In this document: positions 1 to 8,964 of the stretch, one piece after another
Layout of the letters: each line of letters opens with the position of its first letter
Position numbering within the stretch: the first letter of the stretch is position 1
NCBI GenBank assembly: GCA_051003155.1
Contig: JBPCLO010000050.1
Span: 1-43,302 of the forward strand
Origin: Fimbriimonadales bacterium
Lineage (GTDB): Bacteria; Armatimonadota; Fimbriimonadia; Fimbriimonadales; ATM1
DNA length: 43,302 nt
Direction: 5' to 3'
Notes under the pieces: generated by a model
What the model was told of the DNA's origin: nothing
The model's database searches: none
Seen by the model: the letters and a program-made list of their open reading frames with translations, nothing else
Program-made: the position numbers and the translations under genes

Positions 1-715
1 ACGTTCCCCGCTGCGTCCACGGCCAGCGCGTTGGCGGCGTCATCGGCGTTTCCTGGGCCGTTGTAGCGAGCAACCCACAACTGATTGCCGTTGGAATCGT
101 ACTTGACCTTCGCGTAGTCGAGGCCGGTTCCCGCGCCCCCGGAGTAGCCCGTGACGTAAACGTTCCCCGCCGCGTCCACCGCCAGCGCGTAGGCCTGGTC
201 CCACTGGTTGCCCGGGCCGTTGTAGCGAGCAACCCACAGCTGATTGCCGCTGGAATCGTACTTGATCGTTGCGTAATCCCTGCCGGTTCCCGCGCCCCAC
301 GACAAGCCAGTGACATAAACGTTCCCCGCTGCGTCCACGGCCAGCGCGTTGGCGGCGTCATCGGCGTTTCCTGGGCCGTTGTAGCGAGCAACCCACAACT
401 GATTGCCGTTGGAATCGTACTTGATCGTTGCGTAGTCGTAGCTGGTCCCCGCGCCCCTGGAGTAGCCCGTGACGTAAACGTTCCCCGCTGCGTCCACCGC
501 CAGCGCCCGGGCATCGTCAACGGAGTTTCCAGCGCCGTTGTAGCGAGCTACCCACAGCTGATTGCCGCTGGAATCGTACTTGATCGTTGCGTAGTCGTCG
601 CTGGTTCCCACGCCGCGGGAGTAGCCAGTGACGTAAACGTTCCCCGCTCCGTCCACGGCCAGCGCGTTGGCAACGTCAAGATCGTTTCCTGGGCCGTCGT
701 AGCGAGCGACCCAGG
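1..715. repeat. 159-bp tandem coding repeat (about 4.5 units visible)
   Basis: ACGTTCCCCGC recurs at 1, 160, 319, 478 and 637; bases 1-106 are identical to 319-424. Confidence 0.95.
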
Positions 716-857
716 CCTCGGTAACCTGCCCCACGCCCGCGGTTGCCAGCGCGAACAGGCATAGGGCAACACCAATACAGCGATGCGCGAATCGCGTGTT
801 CACTCTTATCTCGCCACGGGCCGCCGGGGCTGTCGAAATCATCAAGAATCGTTTCAT
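1..857 (-). CDS. Secreted beta-propeller repeat protein (SBBP-like), 5' part only; runs off the left edge
   Basis: Manual translation from ATG at 857 (AAGGAG RBS upstream): MKRFLMISTAPAARGEIRVNTRFAHRCIGVALCLFALATAGVGQVTEAWVARYDGPGNDLDVANALAVDGAGNVYVTGYSRG..., then 53-aa units (AVDAAGNVYVTG...DYATIKYDSSGNQLWVARYNG). No stop before base 1, so the ORF track omits it. Confidence 0.9.
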   Translation of the reverse strand, partial: MKRFLMISTAPAARGEIRVNTRFAHRCIGVALCLFALATAGVGQVTEAWVARYDGPGNDLDVANALAVDGAGNVYVTGYSRGVGTSDDYATIKYDSSGNQLWVARYNGAGNSVDDARALAVDAAGNVYVTGYSRGAGTSYDYATIKYDSNGNQLWVARYNGPGNADDAANALAVDAAGNVYVTGLSWGAGTGRDYATIKYDSSGNQLWVARYNGPGNQWDQAYALAVDAAGNVYVTGYSGGAGTGLDYAKVKYDSNGNQLWVARYNGPGNADDAANALAVDAAGN

Positions 858-1166
858 CGTTTTCTCCTTGATCGGTCCGAAACGGGCTTGCCTATTTAGT
901 CTACCGCGTGGGGTCTTAATCCGAGACCTTATTCAAAGGAAAATTATCGACAGCTTCGATCGATCGCTTCGTCAGCAAATCGAATTCATCGCGACTCCGT
1001 ATCGCTTTTGGGACTCCCAAGCCACTGCGGGAAGGGGTGTCTTGGTGGTCGGGACCGCGTGAGGCGGCGACAAGAAGGCAAATAGCCGCTACGCCGGTCC
1101 GAACCAGGCGCTTGAGCGAGGGAAGTACGCAACATGAAGCGTCTGAAGGGCTGGACAGCCGGTTTC

Positions 1167-1186
1167 GAAAATCTCCGCGTCGGTGG
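1167..1186 (+). other. tRNA-Phe-like fragment, possible att core at an island boundary
   Basis: GAAAATCTCCGCGTCGGTGG reads as anticodon GAA+AA, 3' anticodon stem, variable loop and 5' T-stem; the rest of a tRNA is absent. Confidence 0.45.
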
Positions 1187-1269
1187 CTCTAGCAGAGAGC
1201 TTGTTCATACTTGATTTCACCCTAGATCAAGATTATCCCCCAAACAGACCGACCGCCTGAGGGCAGGAA

Positions 1270-1330
1270 GCCGGAATCTCGTCATCACGTCACATCCCCT
1301 GGGTGTAGATGTAGTGATGACGAGATCGGC
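1270..1330. other. Long intergenic hairpin
   Basis: Perfect 13-bp inverted repeat ATCTCGTCATCAC (1276-1288) / GTGATGACGAGAT (1314-1326), with inner ACATC/GATGT and outer GCCG/CGGC pairing. Confidence 0.6.
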
Positions 1331-1349
1331 GGGTTGGATAAAATGAGAC

Positions 1350-1757
1350 GTGGTCGTGAACTCCGAGGCTGAAATGATGGAACTTGGCGCCAATTTCGCC
1401 AGAGGAGTTTCGCCCGGAGAAGTTTTTCGGCTCATCGGAGATCTCGGCGCGGGCAAAACGACTTTCGCAAGGGGCTTCATTCGCGCTTTGGGATATCGAG
1501 GTGAAGTGCGGTCGCCGACATTCAACCTCGTGCACGAATACGACACGGACCCGCCCGTTTGCCACGTGGACCTTTACCGCTTGGATTCTCCGGCGCAGGT
1601 TGCCGATCTCGGTTTGAGAGACTACCTGTCGACCCATGTCGTCCTTGTGGAGTGGGCCGAGAGGGCAGGCGGTTTGCTTCCAGACGATGCGAAGACGATC
1701 ACGTTCGAGATCGACGGCGATCGGAGGCGTGTAAGCGTCGAGGCGCCTGTCTCTTGA
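1350..1757 (+). CDS. tsaE: tRNA threonylcarbamoyladenosine biosynthesis ATPase TsaE
   Basis: GDLGAGKTTF Walker A, SPTF, HVDLYRL and VEWAE motifs. Confidence 0.95.
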   Translation: MVVNSEAEMMELGANFARGVSPGEVFRLIGDLGAGKTTFARGFIRALGYRGEVRSPTFNLVHEYDTDPPVCHVDLYRLDSPAQVADLGLRDYLSTHVVLVEWAERAGGLLPDDAKTITFEIDGDRRRVSVEAPVS

Positions 1758-2317
1758 TCTGGGCGTGCATCGGCACGAGTTCGCCGGTTGCGAGCGTCGC
1801 ACTGTTCGAGGACGATGCGGTTTTGGAGAGCGATTACCGCCATGCCCCAACCGGAGCAAGCGGCGCCGCGCTGGAGATTCTCCAGCAGATGAATGTCGGG
1901 TTGGACGAGATCGACCTCTTCAGCGCGGACCTGGGACCTGGGTCGTTCACCGGCGTCAAGGTGGGCGTGGTTCTGGCGAAGACCCTCGCCTATTGCTTTA
2001 AGAAACCGGCCGCTGGCTTCACCTCCTTCGACCTCATTTCTCCCGAAGCTACTGCCGCGGTTCCGTCTAGAAAGGGCTCTTGTTTGCTTAGAGCCCCGGG
2101 CCAAGCTCCCCTCGAGGTTTCAGCCGACGATCCGCGACTTGCTTCTGCTCTGGGCTACGGTCCGGCATTCGGCGAACAGACTTATCCTCTCGCCGAGAAT
2201 GCCGCGCGTTTGTTCGAATCGATAAACGCCGTCGATCCGGTTGTGCTGGTCCCGAACTACGTCCTCGAACCGAGTATCAGCAAACCGAAGCAGCCATTTG
2301 GCAGGGCGCCCGAATGA
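1754..2317 (+). CDS. tsaB: tRNA threonylcarbamoyladenosine biosynthesis protein TsaB
   Basis: GPGSFTGVKVG motif; TTG start at 1754 overlaps the tsaE stop (the ORF-track start at 1559 is too far upstream). Confidence 0.9.
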   Translation: MIWACIGTSSPVASVALFEDDAVLESDYRHAPTGASGAALEILQQMNVGLDEIDLFSADLGPGSFTGVKVGVVLAKTLAYCFKKPAAGFTSFDLISPEATAAVPSRKGSCLLRAPGQAPLEVSADDPRLASALGYGPAFGEQTYPLAENAARLFESINAVDPVVLVPNYVLEPSISKPKQPFGRAPE

Positions 2318-3291
2318 ACGTCGTGGCGGATAAGATCGCAGAGCTAAGGCGGAAGTTCCCGGCTCTTATCGTCCGCGAGAACGCCACACTCGTTTCCTAC
2401 ACCACGCTGATGGCCGGCGGCCCTGCCCGGTGGCTTGTGGAGGTTCGCGACGCGGATACCCTGGCGGGAGTTGCGGCCCTGTCCCAGACGCTCGCGATTC
2501 CTCACATCACGCTCGGTTCCGGCACCAACATCCTTCCCGCGGACCAAGGTTTCCCGGGCCTTGCGATCGTGAACCTTTGTCGGCGCATGTACTTCGGGAA
2601 GACGCAATACGCGGAGTGCGGATGCTGGTTTCAGGATGTGTTCCTGCAGGCGGCGCAACGGGGGTTGAGCGGCCTGGAGTTCGCCGTCGGGATTCCGGGG
2701 ACGCTCGGCGGAGCGCTCGTTAGCAATGCCGGCGCCTATCGCTCGAACATCGCCGACCTGTTGACCGAGGTCGAACTGGTGCGCGATGGCGACCGAAGGT
2801 GGGTTCTGCCGGAGTACTTGGAGTTCCGGTACCGCCATTCGATCCTGCGGCGCAACGATCCGCCGGCGATTACTCTCCTAGCCGTGAAAATGAAGCTCGA
2901 GCCTGGAGAGCCGAAGCATATCTATGACCAGGCACGGGACTACCAGCGACAGCGGATCAGCAAGCAACCGCCGCACCCGAGCGCGGGCTCGTTCTTCAAG
3001 AATGTGCAGAGTCACGACCTTGCGCAACAGCTGCCGAATCTGCCGGAGAAAATGAAGGATGCGGGTGTCGTGCCTGCGGGGTTCTTGATCGAGGCATGCG
3101 GTTTGAAGGGGGCGCGCCGGGGTGGGGCGGCGATCTCGGGGAGGCACGGCAACTTTCTCTGCAATGTCGGAGGTGCGAAGGCCACTGATATTCGAGGCCT
3201 GGCTGAAATGATCCGGGAGGCGGTGCTCAAGAGATTCGATGTTCAGCTGGAGGAAGAAGTGCTGTACATAGGGGATTGGATGCCTCGGTGA
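2314..3291 (+). CDS. murB: UDP-N-acetylenolpyruvoylglucosamine reductase
   Basis: LGSGTN, GLEFAVGIPGTLGGA, SAGSFFKN, HGNFL and LEEEV motifs. Confidence 0.95.
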   Translation: MNVVADKIAELRRKFPALIVRENATLVSYTTLMAGGPARWLVEVRDADTLAGVAALSQTLAIPHITLGSGTNILPADQGFPGLAIVNLCRRMYFGKTQYAECGCWFQDVFLQAAQRGLSGLEFAVGIPGTLGGALVSNAGAYRSNIADLLTEVELVRDGDRRWVLPEYLEFRYRHSILRRNDPPAITLLAVKMKLEPGEPKHIYDQARDYQRQRISKQPPHPSAGSFFKNVQSHDLAQQLPNLPEKMKDAGVVPAGFLIEACGLKGARRGGAAISGRHGNFLCNVGGAKATDIRGLAEMIREAVLKRFDVQLEEEVLYIGDWMPR

Positions 3292-3298
3292 TGAGAAG

Positions 3299-3814
3299 TT
3301 GAAGACGATCGTCACGGAGTACGCAAAGGTGTCCGAGGAAGAGCTCTTGGAGGTGCTCCTGCACCTCGCCACGCCTAAGCCAGCTATTTCCCTCCTGTGC
3401 CTTGTCCTCGGATTGTTCGAACTCGCGTTATATTACAGCAGCGGCAATGTCTACGTTGGCGTAATCGGCTGTTGGTTGACCCTTTTCGCTTTGTGGAACT
3501 TCCTGTTCCTGCCGTGGTTCTACCGGCGTAGGCTTCGCGATCCGAATTACGCAATTCTCACCGTGAGCAGGCGAGCCATCATAAATGAGGAAAAATTTAC
3601 GCTCGAAGGAATCGATGGCATCTCGTTGACCATTCCGTGGTCGCAGTTTTGTCGGATCGGGCTCTTCAAAGGGAATTACCTTTTGTACGTCTTTCCTCGC
3701 GGAGCAATCATTATGTTTCGGAGAGGAATCGCCCAAGATGATTGGGAGCAGTTCACCGAATGGGCAGAAGAGCGATGGGCTGAGATCGACGTTCGTAAAC
3801 GGCGCGCCAATTGA
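3299..3814 (+). CDS. YcxB-like membrane protein
   Basis: Two TM helices followed by a soluble domain containing IPWSQF...NYLLY...IIMFRR. Confidence 0.6.
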   Translation: MKTIVTEYAKVSEEELLEVLLHLATPKPAISLLCLVLGLFELALYYSSGNVYVGVIGCWLTLFALWNFLFLPWFYRRRLRDPNYAILTVSRRAIINEEKFTLEGIDGISLTIPWSQFCRIGLFKGNYLLYVFPRGAIIMFRRGIAQDDWEQFTEWAEERWAEIDVRKRRAN

Positions 3815-4767
3815 CCGATACGGTCCTCGGATTTGTCTTGGCTGTTCTGGGGTCGATTTCGTTCGGCGCCTATATACTCCCGCGAAAGCTCAGCAAACTC
3901 TCCGTCCTCGATTACCAATACTGGCTCGCGATTGTGATCGCGCCCTTCTGCATCGTCGTCGCCATCGTGGCGGGCGCGGGGCTCGCAATGCAGCCGACGA
4001 TGCTCGGGCTCTCCCTATTGTGCGGCGTTATCTGGACATTCGGCTCGTTGAGCTACAGCAGCGCGGTCGACAATGTGGGGGTTACTCGGAGCACTCCGAT
4101 CAAGAACATGGCGCCGGTATTCGCGGCGATCTATGGAATCATCCTATTTCAAGAATATTCCCTGGCGAACCCGGTGGCGCTGGCGATGACGGTCTCCGGC
4201 GTTCTGTTTATGGTCGCCGCAGCGTTTCTCATTGGCCGGGCGAGCGCGCTGGAGCACGAGAAAGCCTTCGCCTACGACGTCGCTCGTTCCGCGGAGGAGC
4301 GGCGGCGTAGCTTCGGTTTGGGAATAGCATTTTCGCTCGGCGCAGCTTTCTTCTACGGCGCTTACTCGGCACCGCTGAAATACCTTTTCAAGAAGGGTGT
4401 TTCAGCGTATGCGGTTTGTGCGTGGCTGGGCGTAGGCGTGCTTATAACAACGGTTCTGATTTACATTGTCAAGGAGAGGCGACTTGCGCCTAGGTTTCCG
4501 GGTCGACGTGAGTTTCTGCTTGCGCAAGGAGCGGGTGCGATCTGGACTTCCGGACAGCTGCTGGGTGCGCTGGCGATGCTCTATATTCCGATGTCGATCA
4601 GCTGGCCGGTTTCTAATTTGGGAACCCTCGTCGCCGTCGCCTGGGGCGTTTACATTTTCAAGGAGGTGCATATCGAGAAGCACATCAAGGAGTTCGCATT
4701 GGGGCTCGTTCTCTATGTTGCGGGGCTGACGCTGCTGGCGATGGCCGCGCCTGGCGGGCATGTTTAG
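3811..4767 (+). CDS. GRP-family (GlcU/RbsU-like) DMT sugar transporter
   Basis: About 10 TM helices in two repeats; GSISFGAYILPRK, VGVTRSTPI and WGVYIFKE motifs. Confidence 0.8.
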   Translation: MTDTVLGFVLAVLGSISFGAYILPRKLSKLSVLDYQYWLAIVIAPFCIVVAIVAGAGLAMQPTMLGLSLLCGVIWTFGSLSYSSAVDNVGVTRSTPIKNMAPVFAAIYGIILFQEYSLANPVALAMTVSGVLFMVAAAFLIGRASALEHEKAFAYDVARSAEERRRSFGLGIAFSLGAAFFYGAYSAPLKYLFKKGVSAYAVCAWLGVGVLITTVLIYIVKERRLAPRFPGRREFLLAQGAGAIWTSGQLLGALAMLYIPMSISWPVSNLGTLVAVAWGVYIFKEVHIEKHIKEFALGLVLYVAGLTLLAMAAPGGHV

Positions 4768-5450
4768 CGCGGGAACTTCTTGAGGGTTTTCTTCAGACGC
4801 GGATACAGTTTCCGAGGATCATCAGCTACGCGTTTGGTGCGCAGATCAACGGGCCCAATGATGATCTTGCGATCTTTTGCCCACGCCACCAAGCAGAAAA
4901 TCTCCTCGATCGCGTCGTCGCCCATGGCGAGGCAGCCGATCGAGACGTTGCTGCCGTGGACATAGATATCGCCGCCCATTTGGCCACGGGGAATGGCCGC
5001 GAACTTGACGTCATCTGCGTTAGGATAGTCGACCCTGAGCGATAGGTGGTAACGGCTGCTCGGATTCAGCGCGGAGATTCGGTAGAAGCCTTCGGGGACC
5101 TGTCTGTCACCTTCCTTGAGCTTAGGCCCCTGTTTTCCGCTGATTCCGAGAATCGGATACTCGGCAAGGAAAACGTACGCGCCGGTGCGGGCGCCTGCCC
5201 ACATTTCCAGCTGCCTTTCCTTCTTGAACGCAAGCAAATAGATGCGCTTTGGTGGCCAAGGTATGTTGTTTTTCCGGCAGATGGATGCGAACTGCCTTTT
5301 TGCAGCCGGGCCGAACTCTGCGAGCGCTTCCGAGACGGTTCGCTCAGGCACGACGCCGGCCCTGAGCAGGCCCTTGACATGCAACGCGACAGAAGCAATT
5401 ACGGCTACCACAACAGCGAGAGCGAAGACCCTGTTGACCAATGCTCCCAT
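4764..5450 (-). CDS. L,D-transpeptidase/YkuD-family protein (YafK/DpaA-like)
   Basis: GPKLKEGDRQVPEGFY and the catalytic HGSNVSIGC motif; N-terminal anchor. Confidence 0.9.
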   Translation of the reverse strand: MGALVNRVFALAVVVAVIASVALHVKGLLRAGVVPERTVSEALAEFGPAAKRQFASICRKNNIPWPPKRIYLLAFKKERQLEMWAGARTGAYVFLAEYPILGISGKQGPKLKEGDRQVPEGFYRISALNPSSRYHLSLRVDYPNADDVKFAAIPRGQMGGDIYVHGSNVSIGCLAMGDDAIEEIFCLVAWAKDRKIIIGPVDLRTKRVADDPRKLYPRLKKTLKKFPR

Positions 5451-5472
5451 TGTATTCGGTAATCTTGCGCCT

Positions 5473-8400
5473 ATGAGGACTTGCGTTCTGCTCGCCTTGT
5501 TCGTTGTCGCTTGGCCGCCTTTGGCTCAAATCGGAGACATCGAGTCCAAGCCGATCCGCGGTGCGGCTCAGCCCGCCATCAGCGGAGACAGCTCGAAGAT
5601 CGCGTTCCGATACCGGGGCGATATTTGGTTTGTTTCTTCGAATGGTGGTATCGCCACGAGGCTTACAGACCACGTAGAACTCGATCAGCGGCCGGTCTGG
5701 AGTCCGGACGGCAAGTGGATCGCATTTACCAGCGATCGCAACGGCAACAACGATATCTTCGCCATACCGACGGCGGGCGGCGAGACGAAGCAGATCACAT
5801 ACAGCGGCGGCAACGAGACTGCCACCGACTGGTCGCCAGACGGCGACTGGATCGCGTTCTCCGGCAGGCGCGATACACCTTGGACGGGCGTCTTCGTCGT
5901 CCATGTTCGAAGCCTCCAGTTTAGGAAAATCGCCGAGGACTATTTAGGGCTTGCAGAACCGCATTTTTCGCCCGATGGGAAGAGCATCGTTGCCCAGAGG
6001 GACGGATTTCCATGGACCCGGCCTCGCTATTTCGGATCGGGGGCAGCCGAATTGGTGACCTTGGATCTTGCGACCGGAAATTCGGAAAGCATAATCGACA
6101 ATCAAAAGCAAATCCTCTGGCCGACATTTTCGCCCAACGGAAAGATGGTCTACGCGGTTTCCTATGGCGACGTAACACCGAGTTCTTCGAAGATTAATGA
6201 GCACCCCGGCAAGTTCGTAGACAACGCGAACCGGACGCCGAATATTTGGAAATTCGATCTGAATGGCAAGGGCCAGCGCGTGACTGGTTTCGTGGGAGAA
6301 CAAATCCGCTATCCTACAATGAGCAAAGACGGCACCCTCGCCTACGAGCGCGGAGGCAAGATTTATACTAGCCGCGACGGCAAGGAAACCGAAGTACCGA
6401 TTATCGCCCACGTAGATTCGAAGGTGAATGCCACGGAGAGGATGGTGCTAACGACCGGCGCCTCCGAAGCCGAAATATCACCGGACGGAAAGACGTTCGC
6501 GCTCGTGGTGGGTTCGGAATTGTGGACAGTGCCGGTCGAGAAGGGAAAGGGAAGAAACAAAGACGACGCGGAAAGACTGACCGACTATCCTGGCGTCGAT
6601 GAAGATATCGTTTGGTCGAAAGATGGGAAATCGATTTACTTCATAAGCGATCGCAACCTAAACCGGCGCATTTACTCTATCGACGTAGCTACGAAGAAGG
6701 TTACGCCGGTCTGGACGGGCGGAGACGATGCACAAACGCCCACGCTATCGCCAGATGGAATCAAGCTCGCATTTTGGGCTGCGGGCGATAAGGGTGGCTT
6801 ATACACTTGGGATACCAAGGGTGGGACGCCGACCAAGATTCTCGACCAACCCGGGACGCACTTTTTCGGGACGAGCGCCGGCGAATTCGCGTGGTCGCCC
6901 GACAGCAACTGGATCGCCCTAACGCGCAGGCAGCCCGGCGGGACCTGGAACGTGTGGGTCGTGCCCGCAGCTGGCGGCCCAGCGGTTAACGTTACACAGA
7001 GAAATGTGGGACATGGTGCGCTCGGCTGGTCCGCGGATGGGAAATTCCTCTATTTCACCAGCAATGCACAGGGTGAGGGATTCTTTATTCTGCCTTTGAA
7101 TCCGGAGGATGAAGACCCTGAAGAAGTCGAACTAAAGTATGAAAAGCCGAAGGACGCCGTCAAGATTGATATCGACTTCACGAATATCCATCTGCGCTCT
7201 AGGAAACTATTCGACCAAGGGGCACACGCCAACGTTGTTTCCGACAAGGAGTCCGGAAAGATCTATTTCTTGGTGTCGAATAACCTATGGGTCGCGGATT
7301 ACGATGGCAAGAACGCGAAGCAGATCGTGGCAGATATCCGCAGCTTCACGTTATCGGATGATGGAAAGTCTGCCTACGGCCTTCACGGTGGGATGCCGGC
7401 AAAAGTAAAGCTCGACAGCAACGTTTCTGTCGCTGACACTGCCTTTCGGGCCGAGCTGGTTCAGGACGCTAACCTGGTCAGGAAATCCGCGTTCACCGAG
7501 TTTTGGCGCATGTATAATCGCGGATTTTACGACCCGAATTTCCATGGCCGCGACTGGGATTCCATTCGAACGCGTTATGAGCCGCTACTCGAAGGCGTTG
7601 GCCACCGAAAGGAATTTGCCGAGCTGCTCAACATGGTGGTCGGCGAACTCGAAGGATCACACACGGAGGTAGGTTCCTCGCCGGGTGGGACCCAGGGCGG
7701 ACCCTCGGTCAGCCTACCCGGGTTTAATTTTGACTACGGCTGGACGGGTCCTGGCATTCGCGTGAAAAGCCTATTCGACCGCGCACCCGGCACCTATAAA
7801 AAAACGGAAATAAAGCCGGGCGTATACGTAATGGCTATCAACGGCGTCGACGTCCGTCTCGACGAAAACCTGTGGAAAGTGCTCCACAACCAGTCCGGGC
7901 GCGATCTGAAATTATTGGTGAATTCGCAGCCGTCGAAGGCCGGGGCAAAGGAAATCACATATCGAGCGATCAGTCCGCAGGCCTGGGGTGAGTTGCACTA
8001 TTCCCAATGGGTGGAGGGTAACCGCACCAAAGTCAGAGAGGCGACCGGCGGCAAGGTCGGATATATTCACATTCGCGGTATGGGCGGCGGCGATAGACAG
8101 CGATTCGAGGAGGAATTTCACGAATATAAGCAGGGCAAGGAGGCGATGATTATCGATGTCCGCTTCAATGGCGGCGGAAATATTTCCGACTCTTTGGTCG
8201 ACGTCCTTGAAAGAAGATCACATGGCTTCTATAAACCGCGCGACGGGTTTGTCGAGCTCGCCCCGAACGACCAGATGTGGGATAAACCCATCGTAGTACT
8301 TCACAATGAGGACAGTTTTTCGAATGCGGAGATGTTCCCATATGCCATGCGCGAAAGGAAGTTGGCGAAGCTCGTTGGAATGCCTACGCCGGGCTATGTA

Positions 8401-8598
8401 ATCTGGACGTGGGGCGGGAGGCTCGTCGACGGCACGAGCATCCGAATGCCGATGGCCGGGGTCTACCGCCTCGACGGAACGCCGATGGAGAACATGGGCC
8501 AGCAGCCGGATATCAAGGTTCCATGGAGCAACGAGGACTACATGTCGGGAAAGGACCCACAACTCGACAGGGCTATTCTTGAGCTGAAGAAGGGCTGA
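5473..8598 (+). CDS. Tricorn-like S41 peptidase with PD40 beta-propellers and a PDZ-like domain
   Basis: Signal peptide from ATG 5473; repeated WSPDG motifs; GYIHI, IDVRFNGGG and SFSNAE (catalytic Ser). Confidence 0.92.
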   Translation: MRTCVLLALFVVAWPPLAQIGDIESKPIRGAAQPAISGDSSKIAFRYRGDIWFVSSNGGIATRLTDHVELDQRPVWSPDGKWIAFTSDRNGNNDIFAIPTAGGETKQITYSGGNETATDWSPDGDWIAFSGRRDTPWTGVFVVHVRSLQFRKIAEDYLGLAEPHFSPDGKSIVAQRDGFPWTRPRYFGSGAAELVTLDLATGNSESIIDNQKQILWPTFSPNGKMVYAVSYGDVTPSSSKINEHPGKFVDNANRTPNIWKFDLNGKGQRVTGFVGEQIRYPTMSKDGTLAYERGGKIYTSRDGKETEVPIIAHVDSKVNATERMVLTTGASEAEISPDGKTFALVVGSELWTVPVEKGKGRNKDDAERLTDYPGVDEDIVWSKDGKSIYFISDRNLNRRIYSIDVATKKVTPVWTGGDDAQTPTLSPDGIKLAFWAAGDKGGLYTWDTKGGTPTKILDQPGTHFFGTSAGEFAWSPDSNWIALTRRQPGGTWNVWVVPAAGGPAVNVTQRNVGHGALGWSADGKFLYFTSNAQGEGFFILPLNPEDEDPEEVELKYEKPKDAVKIDIDFTNIHLRSRKLFDQGAHANVVSDKESGKIYFLVSNNLWVADYDGKNAKQIVADIRSFTLSDDGKSAYGLHGGMPAKVKLDSNVSVADTAFRAELVQDANLVRKSAFTEFWRMYNRGFYDPNFHGRDWDSIRTRYEPLLEGVGHRKEFAELLNMVVGELEGSHTEVGSSPGGTQGGPSVSLPGFNFDYGWTGPGIRVKSLFDRAPGTYKKTEIKPGVYVMAINGVDVRLDENLWKVLHNQSGRDLKLLVNSQPSKAGAKEITYRAISPQAWGELHYSQWVEGNRTKVREATGGKVGYIHIRGMGGGDRQRFEEEFHEYKQGKEAMIIDVRFNGGGNISDSLVDVLERRSHGFYKPRDGFVELAPNDQMWDKPIVVLHNEDSFSNAEMFPYAMRERKLAKLVGMPTPGYVIWTWGGRLVDGTSIRMPMAGVYRLDGTPMENMGQQPDIKVPWSNEDYMSGKDPQLDRAILELKKG

Positions 8599-8875
8599 TG
8601 CGCTCAGGGATTAGTAGGCGTAAAAGGTAGCTGGCAGCGGCAATGGCTCCGAAGACCACTACCATCGTTGCGCCCGTCGGGTAATCCTTTCCATAGGAGA
8701 CCCATAGCCCCGCGAGCGATCCCAAAAGCGAAATCGGGAGCGCGAGCAAAAGGCTGTGCGACATTTTCTCCGTCCAGAAAAGGGCGGCCACCGGCGGCAT
8801 GACCAGCCACGCAAAAACCAGCAGAACACCGGCCAATTTCATCGCCCCCGCAGCGGTACCGATTGAAATAGGCAT
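8573..8875 (-). pseudogene. C-terminal fragment of an ABC-3 (ZnuB/MntB-type) metal permease
   Basis: AMKLAGVLLVFAWLVMPPVAA...GLWVSYGKDYPTGATMV matches only the last three TM helices of the family; 100 aa. Confidence 0.75.
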
Positions 8876-8908
8876 GTGGTTGAATCCTCCGTGAATTATT
8901 GATACTAT

Positions 8909-8955
8909 ATTGCGTCAGGAAGTAGTTCCTGGGTTCAATTACGCAATGTTATTGC
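8909..8955. promoter_or_regulatory. Palindrome-rich AT-rich intergenic region (putative operator/promoter)
   Basis: CAGGAA-GTAG-TTCCTG (8916-8931), flanking ATTGCGT/ACGCAAT, and GCAAT-GTT-ATTGC (8943-8955), upstream of a GGAGG RBS on the minus strand. Confidence 0.45.
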
Positions 8956-8964
8956 ACGAACATT

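Noticed and set aside
1..715. CRISPR array or DGR template/variable repeats
   Set aside because: The units are 159-bp in-frame coding repeats with no unique spacers, differences are not confined to adenines, and no cas or reverse transcriptase gene is in the window.
1143..1152. CTGAAGGGCT shared with 37767-37776
   Set aside because: A 10-bp match in opposite orientation relative to the two paralogous genes; likely chance.
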